Shown here piece after piece: positions 15,553 through 25,419 of a DNA stretch of 40,682 nt. The first letter of the stretch is position 1; each line of letters begins with the position of its first letter. Position numbers and translations under genes: made by a program. Under the pieces are notes generated by a model that saw only the letters and a program-made list of their open reading frames with translations, was not told the origin of the DNA and ran no database searches. The DNA comes from a virus (Duplodnaviria > Caudoviricetes). The DNA lies in the IMG/VR virus record IMGVR_UViG_3300044898_000091, positions 1 through 40,682 of that record; one strand, given 5' to 3'.

Positions 15553-17475
15553 TTAGAGTTTGGTGTACGTCAGGGCGTTGAATTCGCTTGGGGCGACGTA
15601 GCCGATTTGGCCTGTTGAATTGAGCAAGACGGGGATCTGACCGGCCGGAGTGCCTGAAATCACGTGGTTGTAATCTGCCCCTTGCGCGGTAAGCGAGCTT
15701 TCCACGAAATCGGAATCGCTTAAGTTGCCCTTCGGTGTGCCGGTGCCCATGCTTGATGCGCCGTTGGGGTCGGTCTGTCCGCCTTGCGTGTAGTATTCGG
15801 AGACCTTGTTGCGTACACGGCCGCCGAGCTGGTCGATGGTCGCGTTGAATGTGGTGTTGCCGTATTTCAGATTGACGAGGCTGATGCCGAGTTGCGTCGT
15901 GAAGTCCGAACCGGCTGAACCGCCGAGAAGTTTACCTGCCTCATCGCCGGCAATGGTCGCAAGCTGTACGAGCTTCGCGGCGTTCGGGTCACTGGTGCCT
16001 GCGGCAAGTCCGATCTGGCCTCCATTGAGGATGGTGATGCTACCGCGAGGTACTTTATCCGAGAGGGCTTTAATCTGGTCGAGCGTATTTAAGACAGTAT
16101 TGGAGTTGGCGATAAACGTCTGTGTGGCAGGACTCTTGAAGAACGCATACTGAGCGGCGGCGTTCGCCGGGGTCCATCCCGGGATGAGCGCCCTGATACG
16201 TGCGCCCGCCTGGTCGAGCTGTCCGGGATATTTGAATTTAGATAGAGAAGGTTGCCCCGTCTGCGCGTAGGCAAGGTCTGACGTGGTCAGCTTGTCGTAG
16301 GGATTAGATATCGTTCCAGTCGGCGGGATAGCAGGTGTAATCGTTTTTGTAGGTGCTGCTGTGCTCGCATCTGAAGGAAGTCCTGTACTTGCAGGCGTGG
16401 GAGTTTTCGGTTGTGAGCCTGTGCCCGCGACTTGCGGGCCGGCGCGTTGAACCACCTGTAAGGCTCCTGTGAGTGGGTCATGCGTAACTGAATCAGATAC
16501 TTTCTGGTTCGCCTTCTGCGAATTCCAATCAGCAAGCGAGCCCGTGTAGCCGTCGTTCTGGACAGCGTATTGGTATTCTTTGAGCGCTGAGTCGGGTGTC
16601 GCTGTTCCTTGCTGTACCTGCGTGAGCGTGCCGTCTGCGCCGACGCGGTAGCTGTTATCGGTGAGCGGAATGCTTGTGAGGTTCGCCTTCTGGGCTGCGG
16701 CTGCGCTGTTCTTCGCGCTCACATATGAAGACACAAGGGCGTCAGGCGCAATTTGGTAGCTGCTGGCGATCGCCTTGATGTCGTCCGGCGACGCGGTTGT
16801 GAGGTCTATACCTGCTGCCAGCGCGCGCTGCGCCGCGTCGGTGGTGCGTGACGTTCGGCGTTGGTCCTGTGTTGAAAGGAAGCTGATGTAGTCGCTTGCG
16901 CTCTGCTGCTTGACCGCGTTCTTTGCGGCGATCTCTTGCTGCGCGAGAGCGTTCCCTTTGTCTGTTATGCTCGCAATTGCTGCTGCTTGCTCATCGCCTA
17001 TGCCTGAATAGACGGCTTTGTTATCGTCCTCGACCTTTGTATTTGCTGCTGCTCCGAAGTCCGAACCAAGAAGGCCGCGGCGCGCTGATATCGCGGCATT
17101 GGAGCCGAGGTTATTATTTCCTACGATCTGGGCTTGTCGGAGCTTTTCCGCATACACGGAGTTCGTTGCGTCTATTTCCGCTTGCAATTGCTTGGTGACG
17201 TTATCGCGGATGGCCTGTTCATCGACCGGAGCCTGTGAAGCATCACGATAGACGCCGACTGCGGTGTTGATGGCTTGGTCGTCGGGCGTGAGGCTGCCGT
17301 ACAGGTCTTTAATGGTGAGGGGTGACGGCGTGCCGGGCTGTGTTGTAGGAGTTGGTGTTGAGCCAGGTGTCGCAGTTGGGGTAGCGGGCGCATACGGTTG
17401 ACCCGTCTTTGCATTAATGGTCGTGCCATTGTTGTCGTAGACCTGATCTGCCCCGATGTTGTAGATGCCAGCCAT
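15553..17475 (-). CDS. Putative internal virion / DNA ejection protein
   Basis: Coiled-coil A/Q-rich, ARRGLLGSDFG and KEYQYAV..GY.GS motifs seen in podovirus ejection proteins. Confidence 0.65.
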   Translation of the reverse strand: MAGIYNIGADQVYDNNGTTINAKTGQPYAPATPTATPGSTPTPTTQPGTPSPLTIKDLYGSLTPDDQAINTAVGVYRDASQAPVDEQAIRDNVTKQLQAEIDATNSVYAEKLRQAQIVGNNNLGSNAAISARRGLLGSDFGAAANTKVEDDNKAVYSGIGDEQAAAIASITDKGNALAQQEIAAKNAVKQQSASDYISFLSTQDQRRTSRTTDAAQRALAAGIDLTTASPDDIKAIASSYQIAPDALVSSYVSAKNSAAAAQKANLTSIPLTDNSYRVGADGTLTQVQQGTATPDSALKEYQYAVQNDGYTGSLADWNSQKANQKVSDSVTHDPLTGALQVVQRAGPQVAGTGSQPKTPTPASTGLPSDASTAAPTKTITPAIPPTGTISNPYDKLTTSDLAYAQTGQPSLSKFKYPGQLDQAGARIRALIPGWTPANAAAQYAFFKSPATQTFIANSNTVLNTLDQIKALSDKVPRGSITILNGGQIGLAAGTSDPNAAKLVQLATIAGDEAGKLLGGSAGSDFTTQLGISLVNLKYGNTTFNATIDQLGGRVRNKVSEYYTQGGQTDPNGASSMGTGTPKGNLSDSDFVESSLTAQGADYNHVISGTPAGQIPVLLNSTGQIGYVAPSEFNALTYTKL

Positions 17476-17476
17476 A

Positions 17477-19039
17477 TCAAGCGAAGAGGGTGTTGGCTGC
17501 TATGAGAGATTCGCCGGTTGCTCCTACGGGCGATGTGCCAGGGCCGACAATTCCGATTAACCCGACTGTGTAGGGGGTTGCGCCTGAGCTTCCCGAGGAA
17601 GCGCCTACGTTGGTTCCGTTAGCAGCACCTGCGCCTCCTGTGACTGTGATGGTCCCGCTTGCGGCGGTGAGCGTGTTGTAGAGCACTAGGCACATACCGG
17701 CAGCGCCTCCTGCTCCCGCTCCACCGAAGGTCGTGTTGGTCGGTGCGGTTGCTGCGCCTCCCGCGACCGAAATACCGCTCGCGGTGGTGAAGTTGAGCGC
17801 GCCTGCGCATTCAATCACGAGGCAACCGCCGCCTCGGCCGCCTGTGCCCTGTGTAGAATTATTCGAGGCGTTCTGTGCACCACCGCCGCCGCCGCCACCT
17901 CCGACCCAGAGCTGTAAGCCGTACTTGATGAGTTCTTTAAACGTGGCAGTGATAAATGAGACAGGAGCAATAGCCGTAGGTTTTGCGGGGGCAGCGGCAG
18001 CCACGCCTGAAGTTGTGCCGCCGAGACCGCCTTTTGAAACGAATAGTGTGAAGGCGTTCGTATCGGCGGCTGTAGCCCCGGCTGAGGCTCCCGTCGCTCC
18101 CGCAACGCCTCCTGCGCCGCCCATGGCGGAGCAGTCGATCATGGGGGTTTGCGAAGAGGTGAGAGTGACTGCGCCCTGTGATTTGAGAATAACAACGGTG
18201 CCGTTCGCATTCGCATTGCTGAATGCGAGTTTCGCTGTGCCAGTTATTGAAACTGAGCTGTAGTTCTTGACGAGGACTGCCGCGCCTGCGCAGTCAACGG
18301 TCGTAGTGCCTGAGCTAATCGCAAGCGCGCCGTCAGATCCTGTACCGCCAAAGCGGACCAGTCCTGTGGTAACGCTGGCTCGGACGATGCTGCCGGTGCC
18401 GGTCGTATCTGCGTTATCGACTAGTTTATTCGAGCTGCTGACTGGCGTGCCAGATGTGCCCACGAGGGCATCGTTCTCATTCTGTGTTGGCACTCGTCCG
18501 TCGTTATCCCCCACAGCAATGGGAGATGTCGGACTTACAGGTGCGACGGACATCTTGCTAATGCCCTTGGTCGTGGTGGTCGCGTCCGGCGACCCTGCGA
18601 TAGCGATGCCTTTGACGTACGCAACGGTCGCGAGCTTGTTGTCGTTGCCGGTCATGTCCGCAGTGCCGTCATAGGCAAGCGGTACCGCACTATTGAGCTG
18701 AGTTGTTCCTGCGATCAGGTCATTGATGTACTTGATGTGCGCGAAGTCCGTGAGTGTGACGGAAGAGCCAACGCGGTGCGTGCGTACACAGCCGGATGTC
18801 TCAACGCCTTGGCGGGAGAGCGATTTTATGTTGGTGAGCGACGTGCCCGAGAGGTCGCACGAAATATGCTCTTTCTGAGCGTTGTCTCCGTCGATAGCGA
18901 AAAAGTAATGCCCGGCAGGAAGTGCAATGTTGTCGTCGTCCGTTGCGCTTTGAAGCGTAACCGAGGTCGCGCCGACTGCCATGCCGGTAGCGAGGGATGT
19001 TGTAAAATCGGCAACGATCTTTCCGAGTAGAGTAGTCAC
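17477..19039 (-). CDS. Gly-rich tail fibre/appendage protein
   Basis: PDATTTTKGISK repeat motif, GGGGGGG...GGRGGG C-terminus; GTG start behind TGCTATAAT. Confidence 0.65.
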   Translation of the reverse strand: MTTLLGKIVADFTTSLATGMAVGATSVTLQSATDDDNIALPAGHYFFAIDGDNAQKEHISCDLSGTSLTNIKSLSRQGVETSGCVRTHRVGSSVTLTDFAHIKYINDLIAGTTQLNSAVPLAYDGTADMTGNDNKLATVAYVKGIAIAGSPDATTTTKGISKMSVAPVSPTSPIAVGDNDGRVPTQNENDALVGTSGTPVSSSNKLVDNADTTGTGSIVRASVTTGLVRFGGTGSDGALAISSGTTTVDCAGAAVLVKNYSSVSITGTAKLAFSNANANGTVVILKSQGAVTLTSSQTPMIDCSAMGGAGGVAGATGASAGATAADTNAFTLFVSKGGLGGTTSGVAAAAPAKPTAIAPVSFITATFKELIKYGLQLWVGGGGGGGGAQNASNNSTQGTGGRGGGCLVIECAGALNFTTASGISVAGGAATAPTNTTFGGAGAGGAAGMCLVLYNTLTAASGTITVTGGAGAANGTNVGASSGSSGATPYTVGLIGIVGPGTSPVGATGESLIAANTLFA

Positions 19040-19062
19040 AAAGGGTTCTGCCCCGTACGGGG

Positions 19063-19071
19063 ATTATAGCA
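19063..19071 (-). promoter_or_regulatory. Extended -10 promoter TGCTATAAT
   Basis: Perfect consensus in the intergenic gap, followed by a CCCCGTACGGGG palindrome. Confidence 0.65.
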
Positions 19072-19078
19072 TATGTAA

Positions 19079-21016
19079 TTAATATGAAGGGCTAGGCTGG
19101 TCTGTGGATTGTCCGTCAAGGCTGACGTTTTGTTTCAAGCGGAAGCGCTTCGGCAGCTTGGTCTCGAAGGCCGTGATATTTTCGTCCGCCATCTGTTCGA
19201 TGTCGATGTAGCCGATGCCCTTGGCGATGAACTTGATCTTGCGCTTGCGGAACTTCGGTGCCTTCAATTTCAATTCTAGAAAATACGGGAAGACGGTACT
19301 CGTTACGTCGCCGCCGACTTGCGGGCCTCCGATGATACTGACGCCGATCTCTTCCGGTTGCGTGTTGTCAACGTAGGAGCCGGTGCCTCGCACGGTCCCG
19401 ACAAGCTGGAAACCTGCATCGTCATATGACACGTACACTTCGTAATATTGTGCGGGTTGGATGCGGCCTTTGAGACGAAGCTTACGAACCTTTTTGAGTC
19501 CGCGTGAAAGCGAGAGGATTTTTAGATTCCGCGTTTTCGGAATGAGTAGCTCTGCTTTGGATGCCCAGAAGTTACTAATGGCGAGTCCGTCATCATCGAA
19601 ACCGCTGAAGAGCTGATAAACCGTCTGCGTGATTGACGAGCCGATGTAGAGGAGCCCTGCGTCGTTGGCGAACGTGCGGGCGTTGTAGGAGGTGATATCG
19701 ACCGTGCCGTCTGTAAGGTCGCACAGGAGAATGGTGTCGTTGTTGGTCGCGTTGGCAGTTTTGCAGGCAATGACGATGTAGCGCTCGTAGGGGTCAATCG
19801 TGCAGTCGTCATACAGGTAATTGACGAATTTGAATTGCGGAAAAAGAATGAGAGGCTCGACATCCCCGCCGATAGGATTGCGCTGAAGGATGGTCAACTC
19901 GGGCTTCGCCGGGTTGGCAGTGTTCATAAAAACGATGCCTTTCGACATCGAGGTCGCGGCCATATGTGACGGGACGCCCATTGATCTGCGGTAGACGATG
20001 TTGTCGGCCGCTAAGTCAGTCGTATCGAGCGCGAGCTGGTAGCAGGATTGTGACTTGAGCGAATAGTAATTGCCGTCTTGGCCGATGACGACACGCTGAA
20101 TAGCGTCGCCGCCTTCGTCCTGGGGAAACACGAAGCCCTCTCCTGCCAAGCGGGTGGCGGATTTGGTGAAATCCGTGATGCCCAGCGCATTTGAGTTCTC
20201 CCATTGGTAGGATGCTTTGATGTTGTTCGCGGAGTTTGCCGGGGCGACGGTGAAGGTGAGCGTCCATGCACCCGTCATGTAATTGATGGTGCCCGTGCCG
20301 CCTGCGGAGCCGGTGAGGACGCCCAGATAGTTATCGGTGAATGTCTCGCCGCCCGTGACCGCGATCGAGACACCGAAGCAATTGCGGTTGGTCGCGCCTT
20401 TGAAAGCGAGCGTGCCGCTGAACGCAAGCGTTGCGCCGTTACCTGTGCCAATTACTTCGTTAGCGACGGCGGTGTAGATCGTCGCGTCCTGGCGGTCGAT
20501 GCGCGAGCCGTACAAGCCGGTTTTGTCTTCGTTACGATTCCAAAGGATCGTGCGTCCTCGGTCGATGAATGCGTAGCCCTTGAAGTTCTTGGTGCTGTCA
20601 TACATCGCCATATAAGAAATCGGAAAGGCGTTGTGCATCTTGAAGATGCCATCTACTCCAAAAGCGAACGTGAACGTGCCGGCTAAGGAGGAGTAATTCG
20701 CAAAGGTGTAATCGGCTGTTGCGGTGAGGCCGGTTACAACGTCCGTCCATACGCTCGAACCATTAAGGTACTGGATCTTCGTGCCGATCTTGCGCCAGTG
20801 GACCTTCGTACCATCGACCTTGTAGCCGAAGGCCTCTCCTTGGACGGAACCGACCGTTCCTTCTGCACCGATACGCAAGCGGCCGGGGATGAGCTTGATA
20901 CGGCCGTCCTGCGTGTACCAATTGTTCTCGTCTGATGCCGCGTCGTTCGGAATTAGCTCGTCATTGAGGAGATTGTGCACGCCCTTTGTGAACGCATCTA
21001 TCTCATGGTCTGGCAT
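19079..21016 (-). CDS. Putative tail nozzle/stabilisation protein (P22 gp10 / T7 gp12 position)
   Basis: 645 aa beta-rich; F.KG......ELIP.DA..D..NW N-terminus typical of nozzles; follows adaptor. Confidence 0.65.
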   Translation of the reverse strand: MPDHEIDAFTKGVHNLLNDELIPNDAASDENNWYTQDGRIKLIPGRLRIGAEGTVGSVQGEAFGYKVDGTKVHWRKIGTKIQYLNGSSVWTDVVTGLTATADYTFANYSSLAGTFTFAFGVDGIFKMHNAFPISYMAMYDSTKNFKGYAFIDRGRTILWNRNEDKTGLYGSRIDRQDATIYTAVANEVIGTGNGATLAFSGTLAFKGATNRNCFGVSIAVTGGETFTDNYLGVLTGSAGGTGTINYMTGAWTLTFTVAPANSANNIKASYQWENSNALGITDFTKSATRLAGEGFVFPQDEGGDAIQRVVIGQDGNYYSLKSQSCYQLALDTTDLAADNIVYRRSMGVPSHMAATSMSKGIVFMNTANPAKPELTILQRNPIGGDVEPLILFPQFKFVNYLYDDCTIDPYERYIVIACKTANATNNDTILLCDLTDGTVDITSYNARTFANDAGLLYIGSSITQTVYQLFSGFDDDGLAISNFWASKAELLIPKTRNLKILSLSRGLKKVRKLRLKGRIQPAQYYEVYVSYDDAGFQLVGTVRGTGSYVDNTQPEEIGVSIIGGPQVGGDVTSTVFPYFLELKLKAPKFRKRKIKFIAKGIGYIDIEQMADENITAFETKLPKRFRLKQNVSLDGQSTDQPSPSY

Positions 21017-21017
21017 A

Positions 21018-21653
21018 TCAATTTGCGTTTAAATTGGCGTTCCACAGCCGCATGTCTGCGAGATATGAAGTGAACTTGGCGTTGTTCTCATCGGCGTATG
21101 ACTGTGCTTTGGGGAAGCGAAGGATAATGTCGTCGTCAACCGCCATGCCGTGGTAGAGCATGTCGTGGAAGCGCGCGGGAAAACCGGGCGTACTGCTGGT
21201 CGTGAGCGTGTCGGCGTTGGCGAGGTAATCAAATTCGTAGGTGTCGGCCGTGGTCGGCTGGGCGGTGAAATAGAGGCGTCCATTCACGATATCGATGTAG
21301 GCGTATCCGCGTTGGTTGAGATATTGCCGTCTGTCGCTCCAATTGACGACTTGATACGGCGTATAGGAAGAGCCGATGAAGACGACTTTCTGAACAGCGT
21401 TGTTGTCGCCCGATACCGTGTTGTCGGTCGTCTGGTTATTTTCGATGAGTGAGGCGAAGGTGGCCGGAAGCGTCACATACGGTATAGATGTCGAAAGCGT
21501 TCCGCTGGCCTGCGCTTTGGCGAACTCCCACGGGCGATCCATCCATATCTTGTTGTAGATTTTCTGTAGAAGAGCCAACTCCTGTGCCGAGGACAGCTCC
21601 GTAGCGTCGTCAACGTAGGTCTCGAACGATGTGATGATAGCGGATGCGAGCAT
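21018..21653 (-). CDS. Putative head-tail adaptor
   Basis: RPWEF...YVTLP..F...P.FPARFHDML motifs; position after capsid genes. Confidence 0.7.
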   Translation of the reverse strand: MLASAIITSFETYVDDATELSSAQELALLQKIYNKIWMDRPWEFAKAQASGTLSTSIPYVTLPATFASLIENNQTTDNTVSGDNNAVQKVVFIGSSYTPYQVVNWSDRRQYLNQRGYAYIDIVNGRLYFTAQPTTADTYEFDYLANADTLTTSSTPGFPARFHDMLYHGMAVDDDIILRFPKAQSYADENNAKFTSYLADMRLWNANLNAN

Positions 21654-21708
21654 ATGGCGGGGCTAATTTCCCCATCCCTGCCCCCGTTGAAGGGGCAAAG
21701 GGAGGAAG

Positions 21709-22338
21709 CTAGACGATGGCGACCTGTTTGTACCAGACGACTATCTTTGCCGTGCCCGCTGCCGTCCCCGGATTGGTGATTGCAGAAGCCGTGACAAGGT
21801 TTATCGAGGTTTCCTTCGTGATCGGCACCGCGACCGTGGAGAGCGGAACGAACATCTGAATGATGCTCGACGCGTTCTGCCACAGGGTCGTGGTAGCGAT
21901 GAGGCCTGTGAGCGCCGCACCGCCGCCGCCGATGTTGAAGGTGGTGTTGCCGCCGCCCGTGTACGCCGCGACACTGAATGTGTACGAGACGATAGCGCGC
22001 TCGAATACGTTGACGTACCCGGTCGGAGCAGCCGGGACCACAATGAGACCCTGTGCATGGCTCAACGAGCCTGCAGTAGTCGCAATGATCTGCGCCGGGG
22101 TCAAAGACATCGTGAGGACTTCGGCAGCAGCGCCGGAACGCGACCAAACAGGAACCGCAACGGTACCTGTGTTCGTGTATTTGACGCCTGTCGAAAGGTC
22201 CGTGATGACTGCGCCAATCGCGAACGTGCTCGCAGTCGTAGGCAAGCCGGCCCCGATGGCACTGACAGAGCCTTCAACGAGATAGCCCAGGTCATTGTCG
22301 ATGAAGCTGACGATGGTTGTTGCTGCAATTGAACGCAT
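21709..22338 (-). CDS. Putative capsid decoration/cement protein
   Basis: T/A/G-rich beta protein immediately downstream of the major capsid gene. Confidence 0.5.
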   Translation of the reverse strand: MRSIAATTIVSFIDNDLGYLVEGSVSAIGAGLPTTASTFAIGAVITDLSTGVKYTNTGTVAVPVWSRSGAAAEVLTMSLTPAQIIATTAGSLSHAQGLIVVPAAPTGYVNVFERAIVSYTFSVAAYTGGGNTTFNIGGGGAALTGLIATTTLWQNASSIIQMFVPLSTVAVPITKETSINLVTASAITNPGTAAGTAKIVVWYKQVAIV

Positions 22339-22357
22339 AATGTTTTAATTTATGCGA

Positions 22358-23557
22358 TTAAGCAGCGATCCAGACATCGAGGAATTTCTTGGCGCCATCC
22401 GCGAAGGTTCTGAGACCTGCGAGGTAGGAACTAAAGACGTTCGTACCGCGACGGTCCGGTGTGACGCGCATGTCAACCGGCGAGAGATCTTGCACGACGA
22501 GGTCGATCGCACCCTTCTTACCGAAGTAAGCGTGGATGTAGTTGACCGACCACGAAGCGTTCGTTGCGGTTTCCGAGAGGACGAGACGGCCCGACCCGAC
22601 ACCCGTGAAGGTGACTGTGTGGGATGCGTCGGTCGCTGCCGTAAGGCCAGCGTCATCGGTGATCTTGGCTTGGTCGGCTGCCGAGAGGGCAACGCCGGTC
22701 GCTGTGGTCGTTCCCGGAGCGTTGATGAGCGTGACGATGTTCGCCATTGTGGCAGCTTCGGAGACGCCGCGCGTGATAGCGCCCGGTGTCGTACCGATTG
22801 TGGTCTTAAGCGTGAAGACGACACCGTTAATGGTGAAGGTCTCTCCATCGCCGTAGTCCGCTGTCGAGAGGAGCTTCGCCGTGCTCTTGAGCTTCTCTGA
22901 CACGTACACCTGAGCGTTGCTGATGTCTCCCGTGTAGCCGTTCTGGAACACCGCTTTCACGATGTCGAACTGCTTGCCCAAGAGGTACTGCGCCACGTCG
23001 GATGCGGCGTAAGAGTCCACGACGAATACCAAATTCGTCTGTATCTGCTGGTTGGCTCCGCGACGGAGCTTGGCCGGCATGCGCGTCACCATCTGCGGCA
23101 CCGTAGTGCTAGAGAGGGTGATGGGCGTCGTGTCTGATGCGAGTGTTGCGAGGTCGCCGTTGTTGAAGGTCTGGAAGGCGTTGGTGACTTCAGAGAAGAC
23201 ACGGCCGTCGAGGTCGAGGGCCACCTTAATGGCAACTTGTCCACCGATGACTTCGCCCGGGTTAAGCGGCCCGGTCTGTGTGACTTCGCCGTCAGAGATG
23301 TGGAAGACTGCTTCCTTTTCGAGGTTGACCGTCAACGTTTCGTTGCTGTCGGTGACCGTGTCGATGGTGGAAGCCGCGCCACGGGTGACCGTACGCACAC
23401 GGACACCGGAGATGTCATATGCGAAGCGGGTGACCGTGCCGCCGAAGCGGAGGTCGGACTGGAAACGGGTGTTGGCGATCTTCTTCGCCACGAGGACTTT
23501 CTGGAAGACTTCCTCGTACGCGTTATCGAACGCGGTTTTGTAATTTGTGAGGCTCAT
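22358..23557 (-). CDS. Major capsid protein (HK97 fold, P22-coat-like) with insertion domain
   Basis: ANT.FQSDLRFGGTV...ETLTVN.EK...F.I.D.E..Q pattern; follows scaffold. Confidence 0.8.
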   Translation of the reverse strand: MSLTNYKTAFDNAYEEVFQKVLVAKKIANTRFQSDLRFGGTVTRFAYDISGVRVRTVTRGAASTIDTVTDSNETLTVNLEKEAVFHISDGEVTQTGPLNPGEVIGGQVAIKVALDLDGRVFSEVTNAFQTFNNGDLATLASDTTPITLSSTTVPQMVTRMPAKLRRGANQQIQTNLVFVVDSYAASDVAQYLLGKQFDIVKAVFQNGYTGDISNAQVYVSEKLKSTAKLLSTADYGDGETFTINGVVFTLKTTIGTTPGAITRGVSEAATMANIVTLINAPGTTTATGVALSAADQAKITDDAGLTAATDASHTVTFTGVGSGRLVLSETATNASWSVNYIHAYFGKKGAIDLVVQDLSPVDMRVTPDRRGTNVFSSYLAGLRTFADGAKKFLDVWIAA

Positions 23558-23588
23558 ATGGGGTCGTTAAATGTAACCCCCGTTCTTG

Positions 23589-24329
23589 CTAGAGATGTGC
23601 GGAGAGGCGATCAGTGAGGCCTTCGTTGTATTCCTTCTTCAGCTCGGGGTCGGCCATGATCTCTTTGAGATAGGCGGTGTCCTGGGCTGCTTTGGCAACG
23701 TCAACCTTGTCGGTCGTCTTACCGCCGCGTGGCGTCGTTGTCTCAAGAGTGCGCTTGCCACGGATGGCGCTCCCGTACGTTTCTTCGATGAGTTGTGCGA
23801 AGGTCTTGTTCTGGTTCGCAGCGTCGAGCGAGAGGGTCTTGATGACGTCCCGGTTCACTACCTCGGCGAACTCCGGCATTTCTGCCATTGCCTTGTCGAA
23901 ATGTGAGCCGAAGACCTTTTCAATACGTTCTGCTCGTTCGCGAGCCTCTATCGGTTTCATCTTGGCAACGAGCTTCTCTTCCGCTTTGCGCTCGGCAGTC
24001 TTTTCGATTGCCGCCGCGAGCTTGTTGAGAAACTTCTTGTCGATGTTGTGCTCGTCCGCGATGGCGTCGATGTCTTCCGACACTTCGCCCGGCGTGGCAC
24101 CATCCTCGATGGACTTCTGAAGAGCCTTCAAGTCCCTCTCAGCCTGTTTCCGTGCGGTTTTCTCTTTAAGAAATGCCGCTTCGGGTACGAGCTTCGGGTC
24201 GGGCTTCTCATCGGTCTCAAGAACTTTGCCGATAGTTTCCTTCTCCTCTTTCACTTCCTTGACCGGCTCGGGTTGGGTCTCGATGACCTTCTCCGGCTCT
24301 GCCTCGGGAGCCTCTATGGGTTTATCCAT
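23589..24329 (-). CDS. Putative scaffolding protein
   Basis: Acidic N-terminus, VPEAAFLKEK.ARK, coiled coil; directly before capsid; T-ATG start at 24329. Confidence 0.7.
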   Translation of the reverse strand: MDKPIEAPEAEPEKVIETQPEPVKEVKEEKETIGKVLETDEKPDPKLVPEAAFLKEKTARKQAERDLKALQKSIEDGATPGEVSEDIDAIADEHNIDKKFLNKLAAAIEKTAERKAEEKLVAKMKPIEARERAERIEKVFGSHFDKAMAEMPEFAEVVNRDVIKTLSLDAANQNKTFAQLIEETYGSAIRGKRTLETTTPRGGKTTDKVDVAKAAQDTAYLKEIMADPELKKEYNEGLTDRLSAHL

Positions 24330-24489
24330 ATGATTCACGTTGGTGTCGGTGTCGCACACCGCGTCCATTATTTCCCTTTCGGGCCAGCTAACGAGGCTGG
24401 AAAAAGTTTAGTAGGTCCTCCGACCTTTCCCGTTTGGGATAATCATACCATGATGCCGCAATGAAGCTTTCGCTCCGGCTGTGGATTAC

Positions 24490-24546
24490 CAAGGTATCTC
24501 CCCCGCACCAGCGAACGGGGGGTGCTGGCGGGGGGAAGATACCTTG
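24490..24546. other. Strong GC-rich hairpin (terminator/processing signal candidate)
   Basis: CAAGGTATCT-CCCCCGC ... GCGGGGG-GAAGATACCTTG inverted repeat after the portal operon. Confidence 0.5.
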
Positions 24547-24549
24547 AAA

Positions 24550-24696
24550 TCATTTTCGGATATTCAGAACATGTCGGGTGAACCGTACGGGCCACGACGA
24601 AGCCCAGAGCCGCCAATTGATAAGCAGGTTGCGAGTTAGGCTGTGTGTGATCCAATACTCGCGTTCAACGGCTCTGCGTTCAGCTTCGGTAATCAT
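24550..24696 (-). CDS. Small hypothetical protein, 48 aa (MITEAERRAVEREYW...)
   Basis: Read by hand; ATGA overlap with upstream gene. Confidence 0.45.
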   Translation of the reverse strand: MITEAERRAVEREYWITHSLTRNLLINWRLWASSWPVRFTRHVLNIRK

Positions 24697-25022
24697 GATG
24701 TCAATTCGTTCAGGTACGCTTCGGCCAGGTCAAGGTTGGTCCCAGCGCGATTGAGCGAGCGGAGAAATTCAAGGCGCGCATCAATCCGCGCACCGAGCGA
24801 ACGTAATTCAATCTCGGGAAGCGTTCTGTAGCCAGAAGCGAAGTCGTTGACCGCGGCTGCTATCTCCTTGGTGACGGCATCTATCAGGATTGCCCCAGCT
24901 TCCGATGAAGCGAAGCCTTTGAGAGCGGCGTAGATGTCGATGTCTTGGGCTACACCCTTCACGTCCTCGCGTGCTGCGAGGTCGGGGCTATCCTTGCTGA
25001 TCCTGTTGAGGCGTTTGCTCAT
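24693..25022 (-). CDS. Hypothetical protein in head module
   Basis: Helical 109-aa ORF between portal and scaffold. Confidence 0.7.
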   Translation of the reverse strand: MSKRLNRISKDSPDLAAREDVKGVAQDIDIYAALKGFASSEAGAILIDAVTKEIAAAVNDFASGYRTLPEIELRSLGARIDARLEFLRSLNRAGTNLDLAEAYLNELTS

Positions 25023-25419
25023 TTGAGTCTGGTGAGCTGATAATCGGGTCTACTGCTTTCTCAAATCCGAGCGTCTGCATGACGGTTGCTATCATGGCGT
25101 CGTTCTCTTCGATTGCCGCTTGAAGAGACGCGATCGCGGGCACTGCTTTCACCTCGAAGTCCTTGGCCTCCTTGTAAAGGTAGGCGGCTGCGAGCGTTTC
25201 GTTGCTCATGTCCTTCACTTCTGGATGGAAGTGTTCGATGTTGACCATCTCAGCACGGCGGATCTCCAAATTGCCTTCGGTCTCGCGCAAGGCTTTGCGG
25301 TTCCGCTCCTGCATCGCTTCGACTTCGGCGATGGTGAAGGTGGCGGTAATGCCAGCTTTCTCAATGACCGCCTGCTTGTAATCGTCGTTAGGCTCCAAGA
25401 GCCGGTACTGGTACTCCAT
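24988..25419 (-). CDS. Hypothetical protein in head module
   Basis: 143-aa coiled-coil ORF overlapping the portal end. Confidence 0.7.
   Translation of the reverse strand: MEYQYRLLEPNDDYKQAVIEKAGITATFTIAEVEAMQERNRKALRETEGNLEIRRAEMVNIEHFHPEVKDMSNETLAAAYLYKEAKDFEVKAVPAIASLQAAIEENDAMIATVMQTLGFEKAVDPIISSPDSNEQTPQQDQQG

Noticed and set aside
14277-17475. Tape-measure protein / long-tail interpretation
   Set aside because: No tail tube, sheath, chaperone or baseplate genes; order adaptor-nozzle-fibre-ejection proteins fits a short tail
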